DNA from: Octopus sinensis
Taxonomy: Eukaryota
Length of the DNA: 64,000 nucleotides
Direction of reading: 5' to 3'
Assembly: GCF_006345805.1 (NCBI RefSeq)
Contig: NC_042999.1
Coordinates: 164,114,001-164,178,000 of the forward strand
The notes under the pieces are model-generated. The model was given only the letters and a program-made list of their open reading frames with translations, had not been told where the DNA came from and did no database searches. The translations under genes and the position numbers were made by a program. Positions 13,635 to 26,840 of the stretch are shown here, one piece after another; the first letter of the stretch is position 1; each line of letters opens with the position of its first letter.

Positions 13635-16600
13635 TACTTACTTTACTTGTACTTGTGGCGACATTCACCCTGGGCGGGTTGAGTCGGCTTCTTCTAGCAC
13701 CCTTGAGGCATCTCGAACCATGGCAACCCACGCACGACCATCCTGCGCCAGTTCACTGGAGATAGCGAGCCAGTCACGATTCCATCGATGCAGGCCGACC
13801 ACCTGCGGACCCGTGAGCACGGAGAGGTCCTCCTTGATCGTCGCAGCCCAGGTCTTCATATACCCGCCCGCGCGTTTTCGCCAGTTGGGAAGTGGAGTTG
13901 GGAGAAGGACATCGCGGCTCAGTTCACCCACCGGACATGCATAGCCAAACCACCGCAAGCACCGTTACAGAAGGACAGATGGAAGGGTCCGTAGAGATAG
14001 GCGACGTCGGAGATTGGCAGTGGGAACACCATCCACCCGACGGTAGCGAAGAATGCACCGGAGGCACTCATTGTCGAAGACTTCCAGCTTTCGTTGATCG
14101 ACCACCCGCATAGGCCACGTTTCCTAACCATAGAGAAGTACTGTGCGAACGACGGCCTGATATATTCACTCTTTGGTCACCGATGAGATCTCCCTTCGGT
14201 CCCACAGACACCACTTTAGGCGTCCAAAGGCAGATCGAGCAGCATTGATGCGATGATCGACCTCAGCTGCACCCTGACCGTTTGGGATCACCTCCAGGTC
14301 CTCACCCGTGAGAGATATTGGCTGCCAGATATCAGTCGGAACCAACGACCTCATCACCTTTGACTTAGCGGCATTGATTCGGAGACCAACCGCGGCTGCT
14401 GCCGTTTGAACCCCTTCGAGAGCCACCTGAACATCCTCCCTACTTGCACCCATCAGTACGATGTCGTCCGCGTAGGCCAGGTCCGACACCGCGACTTCTC
14501 TCCCAACCTCTACGCCTCGGTAGTCCCGGAGCGCGGTGTTGAGAACGTAGTCAATGGCGTAGTTGAAGAGGGTTGGCGACAGCACACACCCCTGCCACAC
14601 ACCTGTCCCAACATCAAACGGCGCCGTCTGCTCATCATAGACCCTGACGCGTGCTCGAGTCGATCGGTAGTAGACTTGTATGAGGTAGAGCAGTTTCTCT
14701 GGGATACCGTCCGCCTGCATTATGTGCCACAGGGCCTCCCGATCTACCGAATTAAAGGCAGCATTGAAGTCGATGAAGCATAGAACAGTAGGCTGCTGGT
14801 ACACCCACCGTTGTTCCAGAACACGCCGGAGGTTGAAGATTTGATCGACACACCCTCTTCCCGGACGGAAGTCACCCTGAGAAGGGCGTGTACGGACATC
14901 ACGGACGGTCTGGAACCTCTTCAGCAGAAAAATTGCGAAGGATTTGGCAGCAACATCGATAAGGCTGATGCCCCTATAGTTTGAGCACAGCCTTTTGAAG
15001 AACGGCAGGAGAGTTGCATCACTCCAGTCCTCAGGGAAACGCTCCGTCGTCCACACCGCCGGGAAGGCTCAATGGAGCGAGGATGCGAAGACATCTGGCT
15101 CGGCTTTGTACACCTCTGCTGGAATACCATCTTCGTCTGATGCTTTGTTGTTCCGGAGACGGGTCAGGACACCACGTACCTCCTCGACCGTTTGAGGGGC
15201 AGTGCTGCAATCGTAGTCGTCCCCAGTTGGCTGCACGAATGTTTGTGAAGATGGTGGCGAATGGTTGAGCAGCTCGGAGAAGTGGTCCCGCCATCGATCC
15301 AGCCGGTCACTAAGATTCGTAATGACCGCGCCAGTCCGATCACGGATCGTCTCACTGATACCCGTATTGCCTGGGCTAGCCTGCTTCACCAGCTGGTAGA
15401 GTTAGCGCGAGTCACCACAGGCTGCTGCCCCCTCCATCTGCTCTGCGAATGCACGCCAGTGTGCATTCCGATCGGCCCGGATGGCCCTCGAGGCATGTCG
15501 TCGCAGATCTCGAAAATTTGGTGCACCCTCCAGTCGAGCCACTCTCGCCCTCTCAGCGAGTTCAAGAGTGTCGCCGGAGATTCAGTCCCGATGGCGCCGT
15601 CTGGTGGACCCAAGATGCTTCCCGGCCACCTTGAGTGCGCTCCATTCCTGCTCCTGTTGTTGAACCAACTCGTCGCCAAGCACTAGGAATCGGTTTCTGA
15701 GCTGAAGCCGAAAATGGTTCCCAGCCTCGAGTTTGAGACGCGAGACATCAATTCTCTTTTGACGCGTAGGAGGAGGTCTCGCCTGCAGCCTGAGACGAAG
15801 GGTCGCCCGAACAAGAGAATGGTCTGATCCATGCTCACTGCCCGTGTCAGCCCCCCCCCCCCCGGAACTCCCGAGAGTCCATCACCGAGCTGGCCCACCG
15901 CGATCTGACCAGGATGTAATCGATCTGATTGGCCGTCCTCCCATCATTGGAACGTCACGTGTTGAGATGACGTCGTGGACGCTGAAAGCGAGTGTTGGTG
16001 ACGTTAAGACGATTAGCCTCCGCAAAAGACACGAGCCGTTCGCTATTGTCACAGCGAGCACCTTGGGCAAAGCGTCCCAGAATGCGCCGTGTTGTATCGT
16101 CAGCAGGTCCGGTCCGAGCGTTCCAGTCCCCAGCAACAATGAGAACATCACTGGAAGGAACATCCACCGCCGCCTGAAGATCTGCGTAGAACCGCATCTT
16201 GTCCGCATCGTCTGCACTGAGAGTGGGAGCATACACAGCGATGACGCTGACGTTGGAGATTTGACCCTTCAATCGAACCAGCGCGAGTCGGTGCGAGATT
16301 GGCTGCCACGCTAGCAAAGCCGCTTGCGCGTCAGGGCTGAGCGCTATAGCCACCCCGTGGAGGCCACTGTTATCAGTCACACCACTGTGATACAGATGGT
16401 AGGTGAATTCTTCGCCGGGGACTTTGATCGGAAGATGGCCGACGTCCGCAAGCCGCACTTCTGAAAGACAAGCAACGGACACGCGGTACCTGTGCAGAGC
16501 CTTCATCGTAAGTGCCTGGACACCGTCGTCACGAAGTGTTCTGACGTTCCAGGATGCTACTCTCAGGTCCTTTCTACGCCGAAATAGCGGAAGAGCAATA

Positions 16601-16990
16601 GCAGGATTTGGGTAGATTTGTGTAGTACTTGAAGTAGCAGTAGCAGCGGTAGTAATAGTCGAATGAAAATTCGCCATAGTATTTAATAGTGCCATTGAGA
16701 ATTCATAGAAGTTTCGTGGGAATATGGAATTCACAAGCGGTCCCCAACAATCCCACATGTAGAGACATCTTGTTTGCCGCAGATTGTCCACAGACGCAGG
16801 GACCTGTCAGTTGCCGAAGCAGACACTCCGAAGATTTTCACCAGAGCCCCGTCTGCGGGTTGTGGCCCTAATACCACTCGGTGTCAGACCAATCCGCCTT
16901 GGGTGGCCCTACCAGGAACCGAAGTTCCCGACGGCATAGCTCTGACACTACCCGTTGCCAGCGTCCCCGCCACGGTGAGGAGGGGATGGA
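13635..16990 (-). mobile_element. Full-length RTE-clade non-LTR retrotransposon (APE + RT), ORF frameshifted
   Basis: APE motifs (ASWNVRTL, LSEVR, VYAPT, AGDWNARTG) in 15955-16791. RT motifs (NYRGISL, QGCVLSPTLFN, YADD) in 14166-15056. C-terminus in 13665-13958, short ACAAGT/AAGT-type 3' tail, and a 10-bp TSD CTGATTGTTT at 13625-13634 and 16991-17000. Confidence 0.92.
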
Positions 16991-17756
16991 CTGATTGTTT
17001 CGTTCGTGTGTTACATCAAGGGAGTTAATAACTCGAATGGTGAAGGATATAGACAGAGAGAGAAGGGGGAGAAGAAGAAATGAGACAGAAATAGTGGAAT
17101 CCGTGAAAAATTAGGAAGTTAAAAAGTTTGAGAGAAAGAGAGAGGCATAGGCGGAAAAAAGTTTATATTATTCTGTATTTGTGTGTTGAAATGGCAGACA
17201 CAATCGAAATTTTTAACATAAATATGAAGATCTATAAATTTATGCAATAAAAGATATATCGATGGATGTTTAAATTGAGATGAAATAATCTTAGATAGCA
17301 AAGAGCTGTTGATGTTATATTTTTACCCATGACATGTTCCAGACCAAAGGCCATGCAGGGCGCTGCTATTATTCATTTTTTAAAATAGTATCTAAATGCT
17401 TATCGGTATTATAAGAGGAAACAAGTTAAAGTGAAATAACCTTAATTAGTATATATTTGTGTGTGTGTTACACTTATCTTTTACGTGTTCTAGGCCAAAG
17501 ACTGTGGCCCAGCTGCAGCACAGTCGTTATTAATGTTTTTGTTATGTTTACTTTGGGGTATGATTATATTAAGTGGGCACATCCAACAATGAACATAATG
17601 CACATGCCTTATATGCACTAACATGCAATTAAACATATCCAGAATACATACACATATATACATACACGCGCATACACACACATGCACTCAGAGTGAATAA
17701 TAAAAGGAATAATTAAATGAGAAGAGGAGAGGTCAAATTGGCATTTATATATAGTC

Positions 17757-17945
17757 TTTCATTCTTTCACTGGTTTCGGTCATTTGAGCACCGCCTTTAA
17801 TCGAGCAAATCGACCCCAGGACTTATTCTCTGTAAACCTAGTACTTATTCTATCGGTCTCTTTTGCTGGACCGCTAAGTTACGGGGACGTAAACGCACCA
17901 GCATCGGTTGCCAAACGATGTTGGTGGGACAAACACAGATACACA
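17757..17945 (-). mobile_element. SINE 3' part, family S2
   Basis: Reverse-complement homologue of 10808-10941. Confidence 0.7.
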
Positions 17946-18014
17946 AACATATGCATATAAGCATACATACATACATATATATACATACTACATACATACA
18001 TACTTCCAAAATAA

Positions 18015-18071
<57 letters not shown>

Positions 18072-18116
18072 ATATATATTATATATATATATATATATAA
18101 TATATATATATATATC

Positions 18117-18159
<43 letters not shown>

Positions 18160-18164
<5 letters not shown>

Positions 18165-18652
18165 ATATTAATAGTTATCGCCATACTAATATGGCAGTCT
18201 ATAAATATAAGACTAAAGCTGTCTGATTAGCTCCAAGAGGCCATCGCCTCTAGCTAGCTATATGACACACGAACCTGCGTCCATTACAACCTTCGAACAG
18301 GGGAGGTCAGCCGCTTCACCTTGCTAGTCAGACATCTGCAGACATGTTTCAGGGTTGTTGCCCTTTATCAATGCAGCGTAGTCAGACCCGCAGGTGTCGC
18401 TACTGACCGTCTGAAGATTTTATTTACCTAGTTACGGTGGAATACATCCACTTGTTTTCAATAATAGAAATATTAAAATCATTAAGTCTCTCTAAAGGTT
18501 CCTGTGTCATATAGCTAGCTAGAGGCGATGGCCTCTTGGAGCTAATCAGCGACAGCTTTAGTCTTATATTAGTATGGCGATAACTATTAATATCCAGTAA
18601 CGCTGCCGTAATCTCCTTTAGAGAGACTTAATAATTTTAATATTTCTATTAT
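18160..18652. mobile_element. HHR-bearing element family C, inverted-repeat form
   Basis: 18165-18270 is inverted at about 18500-18592. Homologous to 59312-59867. (TA)n on the left. Confidence 0.75.
18336..18376 (-). ncRNA. Minimal type I hammerhead motif (U3-A8 core)
   Basis: CUGCA-UUGAUAA-AGGG CAACAA CCCU-GAAA-CAUG-UC-UGCAG. Confidence 0.72.
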
Positions 18653-18773
18653 ATGTATATGTATATGGACACTTATATATACACACACACACACGTATAT
18701 ATGTATACACACACACAAAGTATAGTCCGGTTCGATGTATAAAATCTGATCTGTTTAATATCTTACCTGCTTA

Positions 18774-18863
18774 AAATTTTAACCGAGGATGGTGAATTAC
18801 ATGTTATGATATTATTTATGAATACATCAATAACATTTTCCCGAAACAGCTGTCTTAAAGTTT
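18774..18863 (+). ncRNA. Type I hammerhead motif (CCGAGGA core, long stem II)
   Basis: AAAUUUUAA-CCGAGGA-...-GAAA-CAGCUG-UC-UUAAAGUUU, with a 9-bp stem I containing one G-U pair. Confidence 0.6.
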
Positions 18864-19057
18864 AGATGCTTTTTGTGTTCTCTTTTTACACCTAAGTCAC
18901 AGCCGGAACCAACCTTGGAGTCGGGTCTAAAAATAGCATTTAAAATATATTTTAAATATAAATAGAAGACAAATTTGAGAAGAAAGATTTCCTGAAATTA
19001 TGTCCATCATTGCATCTGCAATAAGTACAACTCGAAGGACATGCAATCACTTGTAGC

Positions 19058-19114
<57 letters not shown>

Positions 19115-19458
19115 CAGGTTTACGATGACTAAGCTATTACCATTAGAAGTGACGATTTATAATAATGATGACGACGATGACGATGACGATGACGATGATG
19201 ATGACAACTATGCTTAATTACGGGAATACATAGTTAAGACAAATATATATAAAAAATTCTTTAATGCAGCATTAAATGCTCCGTGTGATTTTGGAATAGT
19301 GTTTCATCAAATATTGAGGTCGGAAAACAAAATCAATAATGTAGAAACGGAGTCACAAGTGGCAAAGTTGGGCACTGAAGAAACAAGCTGGGAATTATCT
19401 AACTGGTTGTGTGTGTGTGTGTACGAATGTATACAAACAACACACATACACACACATG

Positions 19459-19489
<31 letters not shown>

Positions 19490-19514
19490 ATATATATATA
19501 TACATGATATATAT

Positions 19515-19562
<48 letters not shown>

Positions 19563-19574
19563 TATATATATCAT

Positions 19575-19755
19575 TTCTACTACCCACAAGGGGCTAAACA
19601 TAGAGGGGGCAAACAAGGACAGACAAAGGGAGTAAGTCGATTACATCGACCCCAGTGCGAAACTGGTACTTTATTTATCGACCCCGAAAGGATGAAAGGT
19701 AAAGTCGACCTCGGCGGAATTTGAACCCAGAACGTAACGACAGATGAAAAACCGC
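19575..19755 (-). mobile_element. tRNA-derived SINE, family S1
   Basis: Reverse-complement homologue, 5'-degraded. Confidence 0.85.
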
Positions 19756-22700
19756 AAAACATAAGGACAATTCACGTCAGTGAACTTTGACAGAAGCATT
19801 CTCAAATCATGTGAAAAGGAAAATGTGACGTCTGACAATTCAAGGCGTTTTGTCGGGATGTTCAGCATTACAGTTGAAAAAATGTACATAGGTGCACTTA
19901 CCTACCCAATTTCAGCCGTGTGTGAGTGAGTGTTTATCTTAAGGAGAGGGGTCACCTTGCCAATAAGAAATGCATGCACTGTTTTTCTTCTGTTTTTTTT
20001 TCTCCTTTCTTTTATTATTATCAGTTAACTATTTAACCAATTAATTAATTGATTGCTTGTTTATCATTCCATCAGTCAATTAATGGTCGGTTTGTTGGAT
20101 TCCTTTCATTACTATCGCGGTTTCATCAATGACATGGCCTCGCTCCTCCAACTTATTCTCTTTGTCTCAGAACAACATCTGTTACAACACACGTTTTTAC
20201 ATAAAAAATCATGCAAAATAAACCCCAAAACGAAATAATGTTTGCGCGCGTAGGTAACTGGAATTCTTGTCTTAGAAAATAGGAATGCAAAGTTCCTGTA
20301 AATGTTGACACCAACAAGCAAAACTGCTGGAATTAGCAGGAAAATAATTTTCAAATAACAGGCTAGCGTCTTAAAAAGCATGGACACATTGGATAATTGT
20401 AGTCCTCGGTGCCTTTGGTTGTACGATTTAGGGCTTGAAGACAGCAGCAACAACAACTACCACTTAATGTAAGTTTCTATGACGTAATCCAAGTTGTCTT
20501 CAATTTTGACAGAATTCTGATTTTTTAGACATATTGCAGGATTAACAGACAAGTTGTTCGCAACTGGAAAACAATCTTGTGCCTGCTTGGTGAAGACTAA
20601 ACATGGGAAAATAACTATGTGAACAACAATAGTTACAACGAACTTATGAGTTTCTATGAAAGAAATTTAAAATGTCATCTTTAATTTTGACAACGCAATC
20701 TGAATGTCCCCACGGGCATTCAGGTGGTATGTCAAAATTTAAGATGATGTGTGCAACTAAATAAATTTCGCAATTCATAGTCAAGCAATATTCTCATGGT
20801 TTCTTTAGTTAAGTTTTTCAAAAGAAGTTTGTTTACAGGCGTATTATTACGCATCTACGTCAAAAAATAATTTTGCAGCGTTTCCAAAAGTTTAATGATG
20901 AGAAGGTGAAAAACCTTGGCGGTATTTGGTTTACCATTATTAAGTTCTGCGCTCCAATACCTCTCAGGTTAGATCTGCTGTTAGCCGTTCGAGGCCGATG
21001 ACATAAATACAAATCATGCATTGGAATCTATCTAATCGACTGTGCTCCTCCCCAAAATTTTATAAACTTGTGCCTGTGTTAAAAAAAGCAACTAATGTCT
21101 GCCACTTTTCGGGCCTCTTCTACATACGTTCAAACTCAAGCAGACATTCAAAATCAAAGCAAAGCCAAAAATCACAACGTGTCCATTTTTGGAAACTGGA
21201 AGATGTCCGTAGAAATAATCAACTGAAATATGGTCGTAATATTTAAGATATAAACATTTTAAATATGAATAGAAGACAAAGTTAAGAAGAACGATTTCTT
21301 GAAATTGTGTCCGTCATTACACTTGTAACAAGTACAAATGGAAGGACACACAATCGCTTGTAGTAGTAGTAGTAGTAGTAGTAGTAGCAGCAGTAGTAGT
21401 TGTTTGTTGCCTGCTCAAACGTTATGTTGTTAATTATCGAACATGATGTGAAATAACAAGTTATGATGTTACAAGTATCTATTATTCTGCTAATTGTGTT
21501 TACCTCCAACCAGCATTCTCATTGTAACTGACGATTAACATGTCAACAAATTATAATAGCAATTAACCTGTGAAAAACATTCTAATTTAGTAATTAAAAT
21601 GTTAAAGTACGTTAGAAACTTCGAATAAGTAGCTTATTCTAACAATTAACACACACACACACACATTTATATGTGTAGTTATCTTGAAACAACGAATAAG
21701 TAAAAAACGTGAACGTGAACAATAGCCTCAACACGTTGCGAATGAACAAGTAATAGCGTAAAGGAGTTAACCATTTGACAGGTTGTGAAGTAGCATTCAC
21801 CAATGATCATATGAATATCAAATAAACTTGTTTAACCATGAGATGGTTAACAGCTAAGTGTGTTAATCATGACAGCAGTTAAATCTTATAACAGCGTTCT
21901 GAGTGAACAGTTAACAACAGTTAATCTTTAACATGCTGTGAAAGAATAGTCGTCAGTGTTAGTTGAAACAGCAGTTAACCTGTGAGTGAGCAACTACCCC
22001 TTTAACACACCGTAGCACAGCTTTTTTTTTTTTATTCATTCTTAACACAAACTTAATAGCTTACTAACAAACTAAATTATAGAATGTGATTTTCTGTTGA
22101 AGGATAGAATTCCAGCTCTGTTCGATCCACAGGTTTTTTAATATTGACTACAAGGCTCATAAACAGAGTTTTCGTTTCCAACCAGTCTAACATTTAGTTC
22201 TATACACAAAAGCTAGCGCAAGAGCATGCATATACTCTCTCTCTCTCACTCTCTCACACACGCACGCGCGCACACAATGCATACACCCCCACACACATAT
22301 ACACACACAATACATACACATATATACATATGTATGTGTGTATAAAGTATGTATAAAATGATTTTGCTTTGATATAGCAATGTATGTAAGAGTATACATG
22401 GACACATACAGACACACACGCACACACACACGCAATACATACATACATTCATACATACATACATACATATACACACTCATATCTGCTCATATCTACTCAT
22501 ATATACATAAGTGTGTATGTATATGTATAAAATGATTTCGCTTAGATAGCGACGTAAATATAAGTATACAGGTACACACACACACACACACATATATATG
22601 TATGCGTATGCCCACGCATACATATATATATGTATATGTAGGTACGTGTATGTACATGTATATATTTCGGTATGTGTACACACACACGTACACGCACTTT

Positions 22701-23081
22701 TACCATGCTTTTCATAGGAATAGTGTTGCAATGTTGCATGTGTAATATAAAGCCAGTTTTACCTGATCTTACCTGGAAATGTATGTCTGTAGAAACATGC
22801 GTACAAGCGTGCGCTCACGCACACACACACAGAATAGTATTGACAACCAGAATCCTACGCTAATGAGAAAATCTATTTTTCTCTTGTGTCGCTTTTATTC
22901 GGAATTTATTATTTTATCGATTGGAAATCCTGTATTCCTATAACACACGAGTTTATTGAGGAAGTAGCAAAATATATGTAGGAAAAGTGTGTGCATATAT
23001 GTATGTATGTTTGTATATATGTATATATATATGTGTATATATATATATATTATATATATATATATATATATTATATATAAT

Positions 23082-23115
<34 letters not shown>

Positions 23116-23184
23116 CATATATATATACACACATATAATATATATACACACATATATATATATATATATATATCTATATATATT

Positions 23185-23810
23185 ATATAAAGGGCTTAGT
23201 AAAATAAATTACTTTGCCGCATACTGAACTCATTAGAAATAGCAGCTAAAAAACTTTTTTAAGGCTATTTCTAATACTTAAAGAAAATCTCTCTCATATA
23301 TAGTGTTTGCATAATTTAACTCACAAAAGTTTGGGGGTAATGACATCGAAAAATCAAATGCTAAGGTTATTCGAGAACGTACGTTTCAAGATTAGTCAAA
23401 ACACTGTTAGTTGGGAGCAGATCTTCGAGAGGGTATGTTCTTATTTTCAGTGTTTCCAAATCCAAACCAAGGAATTTCCGAGCCGATGATAGAAATGTTG
23501 TTTTGACTAATCTTGAAACGTACGTTCTCGAATAACCTTAGCATTTGATTTTTCGATGTCATTACCCCCAAACTTTTGTGAGTTAAATTATGCAAACACT
23601 ATATATGGAGAGATTTTCTTAAGTATTAGAAATAGCCTTAAAAAAGTTTTTTAGCTGCTATTTCTAATGAGTTCAGTAGCGGCAAAGTAATTTATTTTAC
23701 TAAGCCCTTTTATATAATGTAATAATTTGATTCGCCTTGAATGGTCCCTTTGCATACTGAACACTTGGTGAAATTGATTAATAATTAATTAATTTTGCCC
23801 TCAATTGTTG

Positions 23811-23815
<5 letters not shown>
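23185..23815. repeat. Fold-back element, family D
   Basis: Near-perfect inverted arms of about 218 bp (23185-23403, 23499-23716), then a tail with CATACTGAACACTTGGTGAAATT, between (TA)n tracts. Confidence 0.9.
23479..23530 (+). ncRNA. Hammerhead motif in a fold-back element (CCGAUGA core)
   Basis: CGAG-CCGAUGA-...-GAAA-CGUACG-UU-CUCG. Confidence 0.55.
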
Positions 23816-23853
<38 letters not shown>

Positions 23854-24004
23854 TATATATATTAGCCTAGCAAAGGTAAGACGATTTTATTGTTCACTTG
23901 AATTTTTTCCTATCATGTTTGTATCAATTTTGTGACTATTCCGTGGCACAAGTATTTCTATTTTTAGCGATGCAGGTGCTCACACACAACACACACCACA
24001 CACT

Positions 24005-24054
<50 letters not shown>

Positions 24055-24069
24055 ACACACACACACACA

Positions 24070-24100
24070 CTAGCAATGCACCCTGGCGTTGCCCGAGTGT
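24070..24100 (-). mobile_element. Helitron 3' terminus fragment
   Basis: Minus strand CTCGGGCAACGCCAGGGTGCATTG-CTAG-T. Confidence 0.55.
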
Positions 24101-24224
24101 TATGACCTACTGCCACAATTTCTTCTTTTGTCTTTCTTAGCAGAAGCGGTAGAAGAGGAGTATGAAGCAACCAGTTCTTCATAAACATGTTTTTTTCGGT
24201 CATTTTTTGATGAACAATGCTATG

Positions 24225-24362
24225 CTACAGTTTCCGTCTACCAAATTCAGCCACAAGTCTGTGGTTGGCCTAGGACTATAGTAGAAAACACTTGCCCAAG
24301 GTACCATGCAGAGGGACTGAACGTGGAACGAAGTGGCTGGGAAGTAAACTCAACCACACAGT
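24225..24362 (-). mobile_element. SINE family S3 copy
   Basis: CAGTTTCCGTCTACCAAAT..CTTGCCCAAGGT..GGGACTGAAC on the + strand. Confidence 0.7.
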
Positions 24363-24831
24363 CATTCTTGCACCTCACATGTGTGTCTGTGTGTGTGATT
24401 ACATTTCTTGTTAAATCGAGTATTGTGTCCCACTACGACTCAAAGTTAGCAGTTCCTCAAGCAGAGATCTATAAAATAAATGCCAGATTGAAATACGTAC
24501 TGAGGTCAGTATGATCATTTAAATTTTTGCAGGTGATACCCTGTCATGGCGACTGTCGAAAGGCTAAACCCAGTAAAATAATGTTTAAAGACTTAATGGC
24601 TTCAAATTTAAGGTAATGGATTACTAACCATACGATAGGGAGTTCAAAACTTCGTATTGAACTTCCACTCTATACGATAAAAGGATATGTACATCTCAGT
24701 TTACCTGACTTCCGACAATTAACAGTTGTAATTTGAAGTTGAATGGTTAGCCGTAAGTAAGATGTCCAAATTTCTTTAAAACTTATTGTGTAAAATATTC
24801 TGAGAAAAAGTATTTTTTACGACAACAAAAA

Positions 24832-24882
<51 letters not shown>

Positions 24883-25103
24883 GGTGTGTCTGTGGTAACT
24901 TGAGCTACAACAAATAGCAACCAAATCTCTCTTAAAACACACCCTTTCATCAAAAGAAAGACATAGATTTACAGTATTTCAGGGAAAAGAACCTATGCGA
25001 TGAGTCTGCTAGATGAGAGGCAACTCTGGGCTAAACAAAACATAAGACAAACATAGATACTTCACATTAAAAGATTATCTGCTAAATAATACTTATAAAG
25101 TTG

Positions 25104-25335
25104 ACGGTGAGCTAGCAGAATCGTTAGCACGCCGGGCGAAATGCTTATCGGTATTTCGTCTGCCGTTACGTTCTGAGTTCAAATGCTGGCGAGGTCGACT
25201 TTGCCTTTCATCCTTTCGGGGTCGATTAAATAAGTACCAGTAACGCACTGGGGTCGATATAATAGACTTAATTCGTTTGTCTGTCCTTGTTTGTCCTCTC
25301 TGTGTTTAGCCCCTTGTGGGTAGTAAAGAAATAGG
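25104..25335 (+). mobile_element. tRNA-derived SINE, family S1
   Basis: Close homologue of 3931-4160. Confidence 0.88.
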
Positions 25336-25714
25336 TATACCTTCAAAGTTTCATTCCCTGGTATATCTCTGGTATATCTATGTATTTTAAGATTGTTCAG
25401 CTAGAGTTGTTTCCCTTTGCTAAAGACTTCAAAATTGTGCTACCTGACTTCGTTTTCGAGGTTATTTTTGTAGTAAGAAAGGGTTGTGAAAAAATATATT
25501 TTGTTTGGAAGCCGAAAGATTACTGAATCTTTTAATATTTCATATCTCAAAATCGGCAACTCAGTTTTCGAATCTATAAGGAACATACGCGAGAGCGCAC
25601 ATACGCACACACACACAAACGCTGTTTTATTATATAAGATATATATATATATGCATACGCAGATACATATATATACACATACTTATATATATGTGTGTGT
25701 GTATGTGTATATAT

Positions 25715-25942
25715 GTTGATTCGCTAGCCTCTGCACGCATTTTTTTTCTCTCCTTCTTTCTGTGTTTCTTCTTTGTGTATCTTTTTGTTGAAGACGTAGG
25801 CTCGAAACGTTAAGACTTGTTTTATTTATATTCTGAGCGCCATACAATACAATCGTTTGTTTGTATTCCCCTGCCTTCGTCTTTTGTTTATTTCCGTAAA
25901 CCTGCCTTCGTCTTTTGTCTATTTTCATAAAGCTTCCCGTTA
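25715..25942 (+). mobile_element. Short PLE-derived repeat, family B (degenerate HHR ..GCTCGAAACGTTA)
   Basis: Shares CTGAGCGCCATAC..TTCGTCTTTTGTCTATTTTCATAAAGCTTCCCGT(TA)n with 2545-2656. Related copies at about 12050-12220 (+), 26840-27030 (-) and 52730-52900 (-). Confidence 0.65.
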
Positions 25943-25975
25943 TATATATATATATATATATAATATATATATATA

Positions 25976-26677
25976 TCATATCTATAAAAGGGAGGATGTG
26001 TGTGCGTGTGTGTGTGCGTGATTGTAATTTATGCACGTCCACAATGTCGCTCAAATTTTAGGAGGACATTTGTCAACATCCTATCTGGGTTGTGTCAGCT
26101 TATTTTTTTCCCCGAGGCACCCGTGGATAGCGTAAATATCTATTTTCAGACATAGCTTTTAGCCACTAAAAATATCAGCCTTGGCTTTTTTGATGGCGTC
26201 TAACAAAAAAAAATAAGATAAAGAAAAGTGGAAGAAGGAGGCAGAGAGTTTCACGGGAAAGACAAAGTGAGAGAGGGAGAGACAGAGAGAGTAAGTTATG
26301 ACGTTCATAAAAAATAAAATGTAAAAGCTTTGTTTTTTGTTTTGAAAGACACTATATTTTATAATCATAGTATATACTTTAGCGAAAATCGTGCGAGTGT
26401 TAATCTACAAATTTAAAAAACAACATTTTTCCATTCATTTCGTTTATGAACATGTATGCGTGCCCAAAACATGCAATATTGTACGTACGTACGTGTATGT
26501 ATGTGTGTTCGTGTCCTGTCCTATATATTTATATTATATTATATATATATAATATAACTAATTTAAACGGATTTCGCCCAATTTGACGTCTAATTACTTA
26601 GTTTGGTTTGAAATAAAGAACTTGATTAGCTTAATAATCGTAACTTAATCCCGGGCAAGGCCGGGTTATACTGCTAG
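25976..26677 (+). mobile_element. Non-autonomous Helitron
   Basis: 3' hairpin CCCGGGCAAGGCCGGG plus CTAG-T at 26650-26678. 5' TC..TATAAAA start at about 25976-25981 (exact start uncertain). Confidence 0.68.
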
Positions 26678-26760
26678 TATATATATATATATATAAATAT
26701 AATATATATATATATATATATACATATGTATGTTTGTATGTATGTATGTATGTATGTATG

Positions 26761-26791
<31 letters not shown>

Positions 26792-26805
26792 TTATATATA
26801 TATAT

Positions 26806-26840
<35 letters not shown>

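Noticed and set aside
23307-23595. Identical peptides on opposite strands (also 41363-41573)
   Set aside because: A consequence of the DNA palindromes, not genes.
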